This document shows positions 11,481-25,429 of a stretch of 64,000 nucleotides of DNA, piece by piece (position 1 is the stretch's first letter; every line of letters starts with the position of its first letter). Where the stretch lies: the NCBI RefSeq assembly GCF_009914755.1, contig NC_060934.1. One strand, given 5' to 3'. Under the pieces are notes generated by a model, which saw nothing but the letters and a program-made list of their open reading frames with translations, was not told where the DNA came from and did not search any database. A program made the position numbers and the translations under genes. The DNA is from the human T2T-CHM13v2.0 reference genome, Homo sapiens.

Positions 11481-11793
11481 AGGAAGGCCCCCCAGAAACT
11501 CCACTCCCTGAGCAGGTCCCCTGGCTTGCCTCAACCAGCATGGACTTCCATCACGCAGGTTCCCCCCAGGCTGCAGTGGAGCCATCGTGGCCTTCAGGTT
11601 TCAGTGCTCAGAGAGACAGTGCCACATTTGGGCCCTGCCTTTGCAGAAGCCCCACAGATTGGGAACCTTTGGCCCGTTGCAGTGGGGAGTGGGGGATGGG
11701 GCAGTCATGCTCGGTTCAGGATCAGAGTCCAGCACATCTGCTTTAGAGACAGCTTCTTGTGCGGGCTGGATAACCTCTCCATTCCTTGGTTTC

Positions 11794-12542
11794 TGCAGTG
11801 GATTGAATGGGGGCCCACAGAGAGGTCTACATTAAATTCCTGGAACCCGTGAATGTGATCTTATTTGGAAAAAGGGCCTTACCAGATATGATTACGTTAA
11901 GGAGCTCAAGATGAGATCATGCTGGATTATCCTGGTGGGTCCTAAATCCAATGACAGTTGCCCTTATAATAGACAGAAAAGGGCCGGATGCAGCAGCTCA
12001 CGCCTGTGATCCTAATACTTTGGGATGCCAAGGCAGGAGGATTACTTAAAGCCAGGAGTTGAAACCAGTCTGGGCAACTTAGCAAGACCTTGTCTCTCTA
12101 AAAAATACTTTAAAGATTGGCCAGGCAGGTGGCACACACCTGTAGTCCCAACTACTCAGAAGGCTGAAGATGGAGGAGGATCACTTGAGCCCAGGTGGTC
12201 AAGGCTACGGTGAGCTATGATAACACCACTGTACCCCAGCCTGGGCGACAGAGAAAAAACCCTGCCTCCAAAAAAGAGAAAAGGGGAAGACACAGACGCA
12301 ATGGAGAAAGCCATGCAAAGACAGAGGCAGAGATGGAAGTGATGGCAGCCACCAGCTGAGAAACACCTGGAGTCACCAGCAGCTGGGGGAGGGAAAGGAG
12401 ACTGCTCCCCTCACGCCTTCGGAGGGAGTCTGGTCCCGCCAGCACCTGATTACAAACTCCAGAACTGTAGGAGAAGACATTTCTGCTGCTTTCATCCCCC
12501 CAGTTGGTGGAATTTGTTGCAGCAGCCCCAGGAGCTCCTGCA
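11794..12542 (+). mobile_element. MaLR solo LTR (MLT1B/MLT1C-like), interrupted by an Alu
   Basis: 5' motifs gtggattgaatgg, gtgaatgtgatcttatttggaaa, ttaaggagctcaagatgagatcat, cctaaatccaatgac. 3' motifs ctccagaactgt and ttgttgcagcagcccca. TG...CA termini. Confidence 0.8.
11982..12276 (+). mobile_element. AluJ
   Basis: Dimeric Alu with J-type gaggatcacttgagcccagg and gtgagctatga. Short TSD agaaaag at 11975-11981 and 12277-12283. Confidence 0.9.
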
Positions 12543-12617
12543 GCCACCTCACCTGCAGAACAGGGATGGCAGCGGCCGCCCTCACGAGGCCATACCCAGG
12601 TTCCAGTGAAGGCGACC

Positions 12618-12708
12618 TGGCTTCCTGGCATGTGCAGAGTGCTCAGATTGTGGTGGCGGCTCCTTGGCTTCCTGGCATGTGCAGAGTGCTCAGATTGTGG
12701 TGGCGGCT
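12618..12708. repeat. Tandem duplication, 44 identical bp with a 47-bp period
   Basis: tggcttcctggcatgtgcagagtgctcagattgtggtggcggct at 12618-12661 and 12665-12708. Confidence 0.93.
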
Positions 12709-13359
12709 TCAGGTTAGATTTTTGCATCAGACAAGCCCAGGTTCCAGTCCCTAATTCCTAGCTGTGGGACCCTCAGGGATGTATTTGCTCTCAGAAGCCA
12801 CAGCTGCCTCACCTGAGGAAAAGCAGGCACGTGTCCACCCTGCAGGTCTTCTTTGGCATTTAATGGAAAGTTCTTTCCGTTGCCCATGCAACGTGCCTGT
12901 CATTTTGTATGACGGGGTAATGCCCAGACCACTGACTTCAGTACCCTAGGCCGTCCCTGAAGGGTGGGGAATTTATGCAGCGTCTTTTCTGGATGGAAAG
13001 CTGTTGAACATGGAGGTTCGTGGGATTGTGATGTGCACCTGGCATGGGTGTGTAACATCACAACTGGATCTTTGACGAACCTATAACTGGGGTTGCAGCT
13101 TAAGGTGGCCACCCTGCGAGACTGTGCCCTATGTCAGGGACACTCAGAAGGGCCTCTCTGACAGCAAATGCCAGGGGCATTTATGAGCCACATTTTTAAA
13201 AGCAGCAACAAATAAGGATTCCCAAAGCCCATGCCCCCCACTGGCTAGGCCTGCCTCTGATGTCCACGACAACATTCACAGCTAAGCTTGGTCACTGGGG
13301 ACATGTATTTGCTCAAAAACAGCAAGGTACATTTTTAATACTAATGGCATCAAAATGAA

Positions 13360-14800
<1,441 letters not shown>

Positions 14801-14807
14801 AACATCA

Positions 14808-15150
<343 letters not shown>

Positions 15151-15240
15151 CTAAATTTTTAAATTGTGCTTACAGACATAAAATTGTGGAAGAGAGATCA
15201 TCAGATTCTTTGCAGGAAGACATCTTAGTGGAAGTTGGAC

Positions 15241-15430
15241 AGTTGGAGAGAGCTGCTTTGGTTGTGTGCCTATGTGTGAGTGAGTTGGGGAGAATTACTT
15301 TGGTGTGTGGGCCTGTGTGTGAGTGAGTTGTGCAGAGTCGCTTTGGTGTGTGGGCCTGTGTGTGAGTGAGTTGGGAAGAATTGCTTTGTGTGTCTGTGAG
15401 TGAGTGTGTCTGTGTGTGTGTTGTGTTGCT
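15241..15430. repeat. TG-rich 43-bp minisatellite (~4 degenerate copies) ending in (TG)n
   Basis: agttg...ctttggtgtgtgggcctgtgtgtgagtg units start at 15241, 15283, 15326 and 15369. Confidence 0.85.
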
Positions 15431-17870
15431 TTTCAGAGTTATTCAACTCTTATAAAAATGTCTTTATTTTCTAAGAAAGAAATAGTTGTTATCACTTTGA
15501 AAATATGATCCATGATTGTGTTTTAAAACTATATATATGGCCATGTTGTAACATTTTTTAAAAAGACCATCTGCAGAGCAAGGTGCTTCAGTGATTATCT
15601 CAGCACGAGGAAATCACTTCATTTTTTGTGTGCTTAACTGTACATTCTCAATTTTTGCCATGGAAATGCATTATGTTTGTAATCATAAAAGAACACACTT
15701 ACTGGGTGAAGAGGAAGGACCCTGACACATGTACTAAGAAGACAGCATGGGCCCACGCATCTGACCACGTGACTGGTGTCACGTGCTTGACCAGCTGTTT
15801 ATCAGCTTCGCCTCTCCACTTGCAGGGCAGCTGAGCACAAATACTCCAGGTGAGGTCATGCCCAGCCTGTCATCAGATAGCACATCAACATAAATGCAGT
15901 ATCACTTCAGGGCTGTGAGGTCTCAGAGGGAGGGGAAAGGGTGAACTAGAAAATGAAGAGGGGCGTCCTGAAGGAGGTGGCAATCAAACTGCATCAGCTG
16001 GAGCTGGGCAGGACATAGAGGGCATCTTGAGTAAAAGAAGCAACTGGACTCCAGGGAAGAGGAGAGGAGGGCCCAGGTGCCACGGTCCCTATAAGATGAG
16101 ACTTGGGGACTGGAGGGCCAGGCTGGGAGAGGGCAGACCCCTTTGCCATGAGCACAGGCAATGTGGGGCCAGTTCTTAGTGACATTTCAGATGGTGACCA
16201 GTCAGAGGACAGCAGGACGTGGTGGTCATCTACTCTCTTTCACAGGGGACACAGTGGGCCCAGCACCCCGGCCACATGTGATGGAGCCTCCAGGCCTGCC
16301 CAGCACCTACTGCCCTGGGACAGGCTCTCTTTCAAGTCAGCTCCTCTGTCCAGGAAGCATCTGAGAGGCCCTGTGGTCCTGGCCAAGGAGGCAGGCCGTA
16401 AGGAGGGCAGGCCCGAGGACATAGGTGTGGCAACACTCCGTGTGGAGTAGTCTCTGAGGCCAGACCTGCGGTTCCTGTTTCCTGTGCCCTGGGGACCCAG
16501 AGAAAGAAGACGGATGGGCGCTGCAGTGGGGCGGAGCAGGCCTGAGCCCAGCTCGAGGAAAGCTTGCCTTGTCGTCTAGTGTCCCCGTGTTTTACATAAT
16601 TAGGTAAGTCACTTAATGTCGCTGTGTCTTGTTAGAGAAGCTACTAATCCTTAGAGCTAACAGAACTAACTAATTAGTGTAGAACACTTGGAAAATATAA
16701 GAAATTCAGATGTAGAGTGTAATGTCCCAGTCCTCCCGGCATTGATGCTCGCACAGTGTCCCTGGTAGAGCCGCGGGCCTGGCTGCATCAGGAGGGATGG
16801 GTCTTGGAGGCGGTGGCATAATTGAGACACCTGTTCTGAAGCCCCAGGGCTGCCGGCCACACACCCTGCCCTGCTTAGCCAGCTGTAGGCCACGTGGGGA
16901 CAACAAAAAGGGAACTATCCAGGGGCCATCTGCCTTGCTACCCCGGCACCTTGAGGCAGGGGCAGCCAGGGCAGGGGACCATGGGCTCAGAGCCCGTCGG
17001 AGCCACAGGGAGGTGCTGACATGGCCTGAGGGCTGGAGCTTCCCCCTGGGAGTGCCTGGGCTTCCACAGACTGGTGGTGGCCGAGGTCAGGGGAGCCGGA
17101 TGTGGCAAGCCCCGGGTTTGGCTCTGGACACTGCCCATGACTGGCCATGCCTCAGCAAACCTGCTTTGCCCTCCGCCTTCTCTTCTCTGAAACAGAGCTA
17201 ATGACGCCGCCTCGCAGCTCCTCCAGAAGGTAAAGACGGGATTACGGGACACCTGGCACACAGCCTGGCGGATGGCACTCACTGCTGTTTTCCTCCGTGA
17301 CAGAGAACCGCAGAACTTCCTTCACAGTTGGCGAGCTATTCAGAAATGATACCCGAGTCCGAGGCTCGGCCTTCACTCGCTCCAAGCTCCGGTGGCACCT
17401 GCAGCCACCTGTAGGGTGTGCCTTTTCCTCTAGTATTATTGGAAATAAGATAGACAATCAAGTGTTCACTTCCTAAGGATGTATGGAGCTGTCGGCAAAT
17501 CATTAATCTCTCTTTAAACCACGGTGACAATATTTACATTTAAGATCAAGATGATGATTATCTGAAGAACTCCCCTGGAAGCTCTTCTCACAACTGGAAA
17601 AACACAGCAGCCAGTTAGCAGAGCCACGTCCCAGGCCAAAATAACTGCCTGACAGTCCATGGGGCCAGGAGTCTACAGGGTGTTGGCGTGGGGAGGCGTG
17701 CCTTCCCGCAGAGGCTGGAGGGCTGCTGTTGGCAGAGTAGATGGAGCTGCTCGGGGCACAGCATTCTGGCCCAACCTTGCAGGAATGTGGTTCTGACAAA
17801 CCAGCTGGAGAAAAGCATTTCTGAAAAGAACTGTTTTAAGTTATTAAAAAAAAAAAAAAAAGAATTTGGG

Positions 17871-18168
17871 GGCCTGGCACGGTGGCTCATGCCCGTAATC
17901 GCAGCACTTTGGGAGGCTGAGACAGGTGGATCATCCGAGGTCAGGAGTTTGAGACCAGCCTGGCCAACATGTTGAAACCCCATTAGTACTAAAAATACAA
18001 AACATTAGCCAGGCATGATGACATGTGCCTGTAGTCTTAGCTACTCAGAAGGCTGAGGCAGGAGAATAGTTTGAACCTGGGAGGCAGAGGTTGCAGTGAG
18101 CCCAGATCACGCTACTGAACTCCAGCTCGGGTGACTGAGTGAGACTCTGTCTCAAAGAAGAAAAAAAA
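17871..18168 (+). mobile_element. AluS (Sx/Sz-like)
   Basis: gaggtcaggagtttgagaccagcctggccaacat. A-rich tail. TSD core agaatttg on both sides. Confidence 0.9.
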
Positions 18169-18849
18169 TGAAAACAGAATTTGTGCCCAAATGGTGCAGA
18201 AAACAACTGAGTCACAACAGAAGTGAAAAGCCAGGTAGTGGGTGTGCTGGGCACGGCCTGGCCAGGCCTTGGTTCCGAGAGAGAACCCCCGTGCCGTCCA
18301 GCACTGGGGGAGGCGTCCTCTAGGAGCTGCTCATTTCAGTCTTTTGTGCTCCTCATGCTGCTGTCAAGCCTGAATGATCAGCCCAGGACTCTCAAGGGGG
18401 TGTGAACAGCTTGGCGTGGTCTGATCAGGCCACTTTCCTCGTGTTGGTCTCTACATCAGGGCACTGGCATCTTTAGCAAGTGTTTTAGGAAACAGGTAAC
18501 ATCATCAACAAAAGCCAACATGTCTGCTCTTGATCAAGCACCTCCACATATATTGAGACCCCTGACGCCCACAACATCCTGTTAGATACTGTATCTCCGC
18601 CATCCCAGGACAGGTAAGTGCTTTGCCCTGAATCACCTCACTTTTCACCAGGATGTCTAGACTAGGGCCTGAGTCCATCACCCCAACATCTGTGCTGATC
18701 CTGCTAGGTAATGACGCCCCTTCCTTATCGTTCTAGAGTCAAGCCTAGATCCCCTACAAATACCCATGCACACTTAGAGCTCACTCTGGTTAAATGTTCC
18801 AAGAAGGATGTTGGATGGTCACTTGGTATCATCCCATGGAGTTCAGGAT

Positions 18850-19450
18850 ACCCCCGCCCTCTGAGCAGCCATTCCTCTCCTGAGCACATTCCCCTAGAGA
18901 AGCTCTGCACGTGTGCACAGGCACCAGCTGCAGGAGTGCCATCCACAGCACAGCTGTTTATGAAAAACCGTAATCAACCCAAACATCTGTATGAAGAAAA
19001 ACGAAGAAATGCAGAGTGGCATGTTCACATGATGGAATACTATGCAGCTGAGAACATGAACAATTGGAGCCATGGCATGAATGAAGCTGAGAGATTTGAA
19101 GCGTCAACCAAGTAAGCTGTAGGAGATTACATGTGGTGGAAGACTAGTTTATAAATCTCACAGACAAGCCTTAAAGAAAATGTATCTCTTGAAATAAATG
19201 TATACACACAATTATACACATATATATGATAAACCCTTTTAAAAGGCAAGGGAATGATCAATAAAAACATAAACTGTTCCCTCTGGGCCAAGGCGGAGGG
19301 CAGGCCATCAGATCAGCAGGAAGTTGATCTGGTTTTGAATTGGGTTGTGTGTGCACTGGAGTCAAACATTATTTTACAGAATATATTTCATATATATTTT
19401 ACACATATTTGCTTTTTTGTTTCAGATATTTCACAAGTTTTTAAAAATGT
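18850..19450 (+). mobile_element. Ancient L1 (L1ME-like) 3' fragment
   Basis: agccattcctctcctgag...gcacgtgtgcacagg, aatcaacccaaac, gatggaatactatgcagc. Confidence 0.6.
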
Positions 19451-20324
19451 AAGCAGGTCATGAGGCCGCTGTCCAGGACAGCAGCATGCCCGTTTCTGGT
19501 GATACTTGGTGCAGAGGGTAACTCCAGCAGCTGTGCGTGCTGACCCCTCCAGCCAGCTCTGGGCAAGGGGTTGTTTCCTCCCAGCTCAGTGGCTGAGCAG
19601 AGCTCCAGCTGGCGAAGGACCCAGGCTCTGCCAACATTGTGGACATCCCCTCCACAGGCCCTGGGGTGCCCTGTGCAGAGGCAGAGGGTGACCGGGAGCA
19701 GTGGGCAGAGCCCGGACCCTCCTATCCCGGGAGGAGCCTCAGGTCCTCTTTGGCAAAGAGCAGGATCCGGTAGCTTGAGAAGCTGTGCAGCTGCCGCTGG
19801 GTGCACCCTGTCACTCAGCAAGGCAGCTGCTCCGGAACAGGCACTGCTTCTAGAATCCACTTCCTTCTCGCAGGACCAGATGTGTCAGCAGGTGACAAGA
19901 ACAAGTCCAACGCCACCTCACAAGGGCTTTGGCTTTGGGATCCCCTACCTGCAGGGCCTGGGTTTTGGAGAATAAGGCTTGGCCCCAAGAGTATTCAGAT
20001 CTGCAGCAGAGCAAGATGGGATGCAACATATCTAGATAGATAACCTCACCCCAATCACAGGCTTCGTGCATGGACCCGGTGCAAAGGGCAAAGGTTATGA
20101 AGTATCACTTACCCAATGCCCCAAAGAGCCCTTCAGGCCTGGGAGGAAATTCTCAGGAGAGCCTGTGGAAGAAGAGGTTCAGTGGAGGGACGCTGCTGCC
20201 TGGGAAGGAGCCTCCAGCCCTTCCAAAGGCCACACTTTCAGCAAACTTCACATTAAAAGACCCGCCAGTGCCTGATGGTTACTGAGACTGGTGTTTGCTA
20301 GACCCTTTCTCAAAAATGAGTCAA

Positions 20325-20637
<313 letters not shown>

Positions 20638-20897
20638 TTATTTTGCTATGGAAAAATACAGTTTTTAAAATTATATATGCTGCTTGTTAATAGTGTTTTA
20701 TTATTTTTAATACTTTTTATTTCTCAGTTTCATTTTCTAGTATGCTATCAACAGATGGAAACCACATATCTATTATTGACCACCTCAATATTTATGAGTA
20801 TAAAGGTGAAGAGAGCACACGTTCTAAAAAGGGCAGTGGGGGACATTCATGCTTAAGAATTTCCTACCAGAGTTACATCCAAAGAAAATGATGTTAC

Positions 20898-21885
20898 CCA
20901 AAAGAAATAATCAGCAGAGTAACAGATAACCCGCAGAATGGGAGAAAATATTTTCAAGTTACGCATCTGGATACAAAGGACTACTATCCAGAATCTACGA
21001 GGAACTCTAACAAATCACCAAGAAAGAAAACAATCTAATTAAAAAGTGGGCAAAGGACACGAATAGACATTTCTCAAAAGAAGATACACAAATGGCCAAA
21101 AAACTATGAAAAAATGCTCAGCGTCACTAGTCATCAGGGAAATGCACATTAAAACCACGAGATACCACCTAACCCCGCAAGTATGGGCATTATTAAAGTT
21201 TAAAAAACAAAAGCTGTTGGTGTGGGTGGGGAAAGGGAATGCTTCTACACTGCTGGTGGGAAGGTCAATTAGTACAACCACTATGGAAAACAGTATGGAG
21301 ATTCCCTACAGAACTAAAAGCAGATCTACCATTCGATCCAGCAATCCCACTCCTGGGTATCAACCCAAAGGAAAAGAAGTCATTATATGAAAAAGACACT
21401 TGCACACATATGTTTATAGCAGTGCAATTCACAATTGCAAAGATGTGGAACCAACCTAAGTGCCCATCAACCAATAAGTGGATAAGGAAAATGTGGTGTC
21501 TATACACCATGGAATACTACTGAGCCGTTAAAAGGAATGAAATAATGTATTTTGCAGCAACTTGGGTGGAGCTGGAAGCCATTATTCTAAGTGAAGTAAC
21601 CCAGGAGTGAAAACTAAAAACCATACATTCTCGCTTATAAGTGGGAGCTAAGCTATGAATCCACAAAGGCATACAGAGTGATACGGACTTTAGAGACTCA
21701 GAAGCGGGAGGGTGGGAAGCAGGCTAGGGATGAAAAAAAGAAAAAGAAAAAACTACACATTAGGTACAACGGACACCACTCGGGTGATGGGTGCAATAAA
21801 ATCTCAGAATTCACCGCTCTGTAATTCATCCATGAAACCAAAAACCACTTGTACCCCAAAAGCTATTGAAATTCAAAACTTAAAT
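20898..21885 (+). mobile_element. L1PB-like LINE-1, 5'-truncated (~1 kb)
   Basis: ORFs 21106..21390 (MKKCSASLVIREMHIKTTRYHLTP) and 21239..21523 ([21 protein letters not shown]...YTMEYY) are frameshifted ORF2p C-terminal pieces. 3'UTR ends ccacttgtaccccaaaagctattgaa. TSD core aaatgatg at 20886-20893 and 21886-21893. Confidence 0.92.
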
Positions 21886-23207
21886 AAATGATGCCACATC
21901 GTTAGCCACGGGAGCTTATTTCTCAACTACAGTGAAATGCCACAAGCCTCCCCTTCTCCCGAGTCTCCCTTCTGTGATGTGGCATTTGAGACAGCATCCC
22001 AGGGCAGTGGTGGTGCCCAACTTATTACTAAGCTGCATTATTTGGTAAGTCAGAGATGGATCGCTTCTAAACAAGCTTACCCTTTTCCATAAAGATTAAA
22101 ACACCACCACCAAAAAAGAACGAGATTTTTTTGAAGAAACAAACCCAGGCTGCAGGCCGAGGGAGCTGTCAGCATCGTTCATCCTCATGTTCGCTGGGCT
22201 GGGGGGAGGAACTGGCAGCTGTTCGCCAGTGATTCAGTTTTCTTCGTTGTGTGTTTCGTAAGTGGTTTTTAACCAGGCGCCCTTAAAATGTATTATTGTT
22301 AGAAAATAAACCAAGAAAGAAGGGATGGTAATTTAGTACTAGGAAGTTAATTCTGGAGGCCTCCAACCTTTCAGCAGTCATGTGCCTATTGATTTTCAAT
22401 ACCATGAGGTGGCGGCCACCCTAGGCGTGGGGTTCAGTGGATTCCAAACAGTTTCTCCCTTATCAGTTGAGTCCCTGAGTACTTGAGCATTAAGACAACA
22501 AATGTCCGGAGTTAACGGCGTGTCACATGGCAGCTGGGTGGACGTGCCAATTTTCTAATGAAGTTGGGTTGTTGGCAAACACACCAGTCATCATATATTG
22601 AAGGAGGTCTTCTTTTGTGTATTTCCAGCACTCTTGAGTGCTTCGAAAGATACCAGTTACATCATTGTCTGAGGGCCAGGCACCAAGGGAGAAACATCCG
22701 TCCCCTGCCAAGACAAACACAAGCAAAAGCAGAGTTAAAACCAAAATGGGGCTGGGTTTTCTTGGAGGTGTTGGAAATGTTTTTTCCAGTTGTGCTTAAT
22801 GGGGGGATATTCGGAAGGAAAGCAGGGGCTCCTAAGTCCTCGTTTCTCTGCAACAAGAGGCACCAGGGTCTTTCCTTGCTCCCAACTTAGCTTGCACTCT
22901 GTGCGGGAGAATCGGCCTCATTTTTCTTCACATTGAAGAAAAACAGTCAATGCATTTTGGGTCCAAACCACTGTGTAGTGGAGGGATGACACAGGCTCTC
23001 AGATAAGCTGACCGCATCTATACCTCAGCAGACTCTGGGAGATCCTCACCGTCTCTGCCCTCTTCCTCCACTCCCCACCAATAATAAATTAGGGCTGCCA
23101 TCTTGTATTGATTACTGAAAATGTTATGTCCATGGGAAGAAAATGCCATTTCTTTAAATATCAACATTACAAGAGATTTAAATGCTTTGTTTTCTTTTGT
23201 TTTACAG

Positions 23208-23334
23208 AAATGTGTGTGTGAAAAAATTTTAAGCAATTGAAAGGAGCCGGGGTGTGGTGGGAAGAATTATTAAATAATAAAAAAAAAAATCAATCCTCAG
23301 TTTGGCCTGGCCAGACGAGTGTTTCTCGGCTCAG
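23208..23334 (+). ncRNA. Candidate 127-nt internal non-coding exon
   Basis: Acceptor tgctttgttttcttttgttttacag| (AG ends at 23207) and exact consensus donor CAG|GTAAGT (23332-23340). Typical internal exon size, AT-rich. No transcript evidence available. Confidence 0.4.
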
Positions 23335-24221
23335 GTAAGTAGTTTAAAGTCAGACATGTCTCATACTGGACTTTTTACAGGAATGGCAAAACTTATAATG
23401 AAATTCAACAAGGAAACTGGAAAAACAGCCAAATTGGTGCAGCAAAGTGGTTAATAGGATCATTAGCCTACTCGCTGTATTTTTTTGGACATTGTGTGCC
23501 TGTACTGCCGCACTCGAGAGCAGATTGCAGGAACAGGCTGACAGTTAGGAGCTAGCTCAGCAGTGCTGGGTACAAACTGCCATCTTCCTGTGGATTTACA
23601 GCTGCCACTTCTGCTACTTCAATTAGTTCTATGGCACACAGATGTTGCTTAAATGTTGCTGCTAATGATACTGCAATAAGCGTAAGATTCATGCCATATT
23701 TTGAGGCACGTAAATTTCTCAAGTGGCACAATTAAAGTGGAAATATTAGGTGGTGAGAACTTGGCAGTCTCTCCAACTTGGAAGGCGCACCCGCTATGCA
23801 ATAATGGGTCAAAAATTCATTCAAGTTTTACTGCTGTTCCGAGTTTTAAAAGACTTTTCACAGTTGAATGCAAAGTAGTAAAAACCAGGGTATTAGGAAA
23901 TGAGAATGCAGTTCTGTTATTCAGACATGACTTTTAATTTCAAATTGAAATCACATGCTCACTTTTCTGGATATGACCGAAGGGAAAAGGTACAGGCTGA
24001 AGAGATTTTGTCTTTAAGGGTAAAAGTCCCGAGTGGAAATGAATTTATTGCTGGGCCAGCCTCAAAATCAGCACTGTCCATGACTGAGGAAGTGTGGCGA
24101 TCGCCTCCCACCCAGAGAAGCAGCCGCATTTGTACTGGAAGCCAAGTTCATCAGCAGCTCTCTCTCTATCCACCCCCGGACAGGGTCTCAAACCAGGGAC
24201 TGGAGAAGTGTGTTGGGACAG

Positions 24222-24410
24222 GCACACACATGCACACATGTGCACACACTGTGTGTCCCACCAACACAACGCATGCACATTCACACACACACACTTGGTC
24301 TCTGCCTCATACACACATGCACACACACTTGGTCTCAGCCTGTTACACATTCACGCACACACGCTCCATCTCTCCCTCCTACACGTGCACACTCGCACAT
24401 GCATGCACGG
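24222..24410. repeat. Degenerate (CA)-rich low-complexity tract
   Basis: cacacacatgcacaca...; cacacacttggtctc occurs twice. Confidence 0.8.
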
Positions 24411-25088
24411 TCTCTGCCTCTTACACAGGTAGAGAAGAAAAAGACAAGTGGGCTTCCAGGAGTCTCACTTCTGCCTGCACGGAGTCTCCATTAGTATTTC
24501 TCTCCCTCATTTATCATCCCGGGCACAGTCCCCTGCCTGTCGCCAAATTTTCTTTTCCATGAAAAATCTCTCCTTCGGAGAAGAGCTTCTCCCTGACTGG
24601 TTGTCAAATACGCTTTTGATTTTCTCACACACCGACTTAAAAGGCAGGCGGTTCAGGGCAAAGCCGGCACCCAGTAGGCCTTTCTGCTTCTCGAATCTTT
24701 GACTGTGCAGGTTGTTCCCCCACCCCCACCCCATTTTAACTTATTGATTTGAACTGTCAAGTAAATGACTCCGTTGCACTTAATCAGAATCATAGACTTC
24801 TGCCATCCCAATTAGAATTCGAGGCCATGCACCGGAGCTCCACATGTGTGGCTCTGCTGGAGGGCTGGGCACAGCCCCTGCACCTAGGGCTCTCTGGTGC
24901 GATGGTTTGCAGGATAAATCCTGCCCTGGGAGCAAAGGCCATCTGCAGTAGGCATGCAAGCCGATGCTGTCCTGTAGGTATTTGCCAAATATTTATTTTT
25001 CCCTGAAATGATGCAAACGATTTGGTGAAGCCTTCCCATGACCAATTCAGGATGCGGAATGATTTAGCATTCAGTAAATTTCACAACA

Positions 25089-25211
25089 CCTTTCTGCCTC
25101 CCTCTTCCCTCTCCCCTCTCCCCTTCTCCCCACCTCACCCCACCTCACCCCCTCCCTCTTCCTTCCTCTTTTCCTTCCCTCCTCCTTTCTTTTTTACCCT
25201 CTCCTGCCCCT
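25089..25211. repeat. ~120-bp CT-rich polypyrimidine tract
   Basis: Read directly. Lies immediately upstream of the SOX/FOX motif cluster. Confidence 0.85.
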
Positions 25212-25429
25212 GACCCGGTACCTATACCACTTGGATTATTTACAGCAAATCTTACAGATGTCAGTATTGTCTTGTTCTGAAGCTAAAAAGGACAATGAGT
25301 TCCCGCTGACCTCGGTACAATGGATCTCGCTGGAGCACAATATGTATTTTATACAGGCAGTGAAAAGCCTACAAGTAATTGAGAGAGAGAGAAATGTCAC
25401 TGTAGCATTTCTGTTGACACTGCACTCTG

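Noticed and set aside
10647-11746. 225-324 aa ORFs (RGG-, Glu-, Pro- and Ser-rich) resembling nucleolin, RPGR-ORF15 or formin-like low-complexity proteins
   Set aside because: A pure purine/pyrimidine repeat cannot contain stop codons, and the flanking residues show no recognisable domain.
15826-15849. 24-nt microexon-like segment (ttgcag|...ccag|gtgagg)
   Set aside because: Splice signals are only moderate and there is no host coding gene to give it context. Chance occurrence is likely.
21106-21523. ORFs matching the L1 ORF2p C-terminus
   Set aside because: Frameshifted remnants of a 5'-truncated L1PB; not a gene or an active element.
22402-22415. CTCF-like motif ccatgaggtggcgg
   Set aside because: Two mismatches to the CCASYAGRKGGC core; cannot be supported without a PWM scan or ChIP data.
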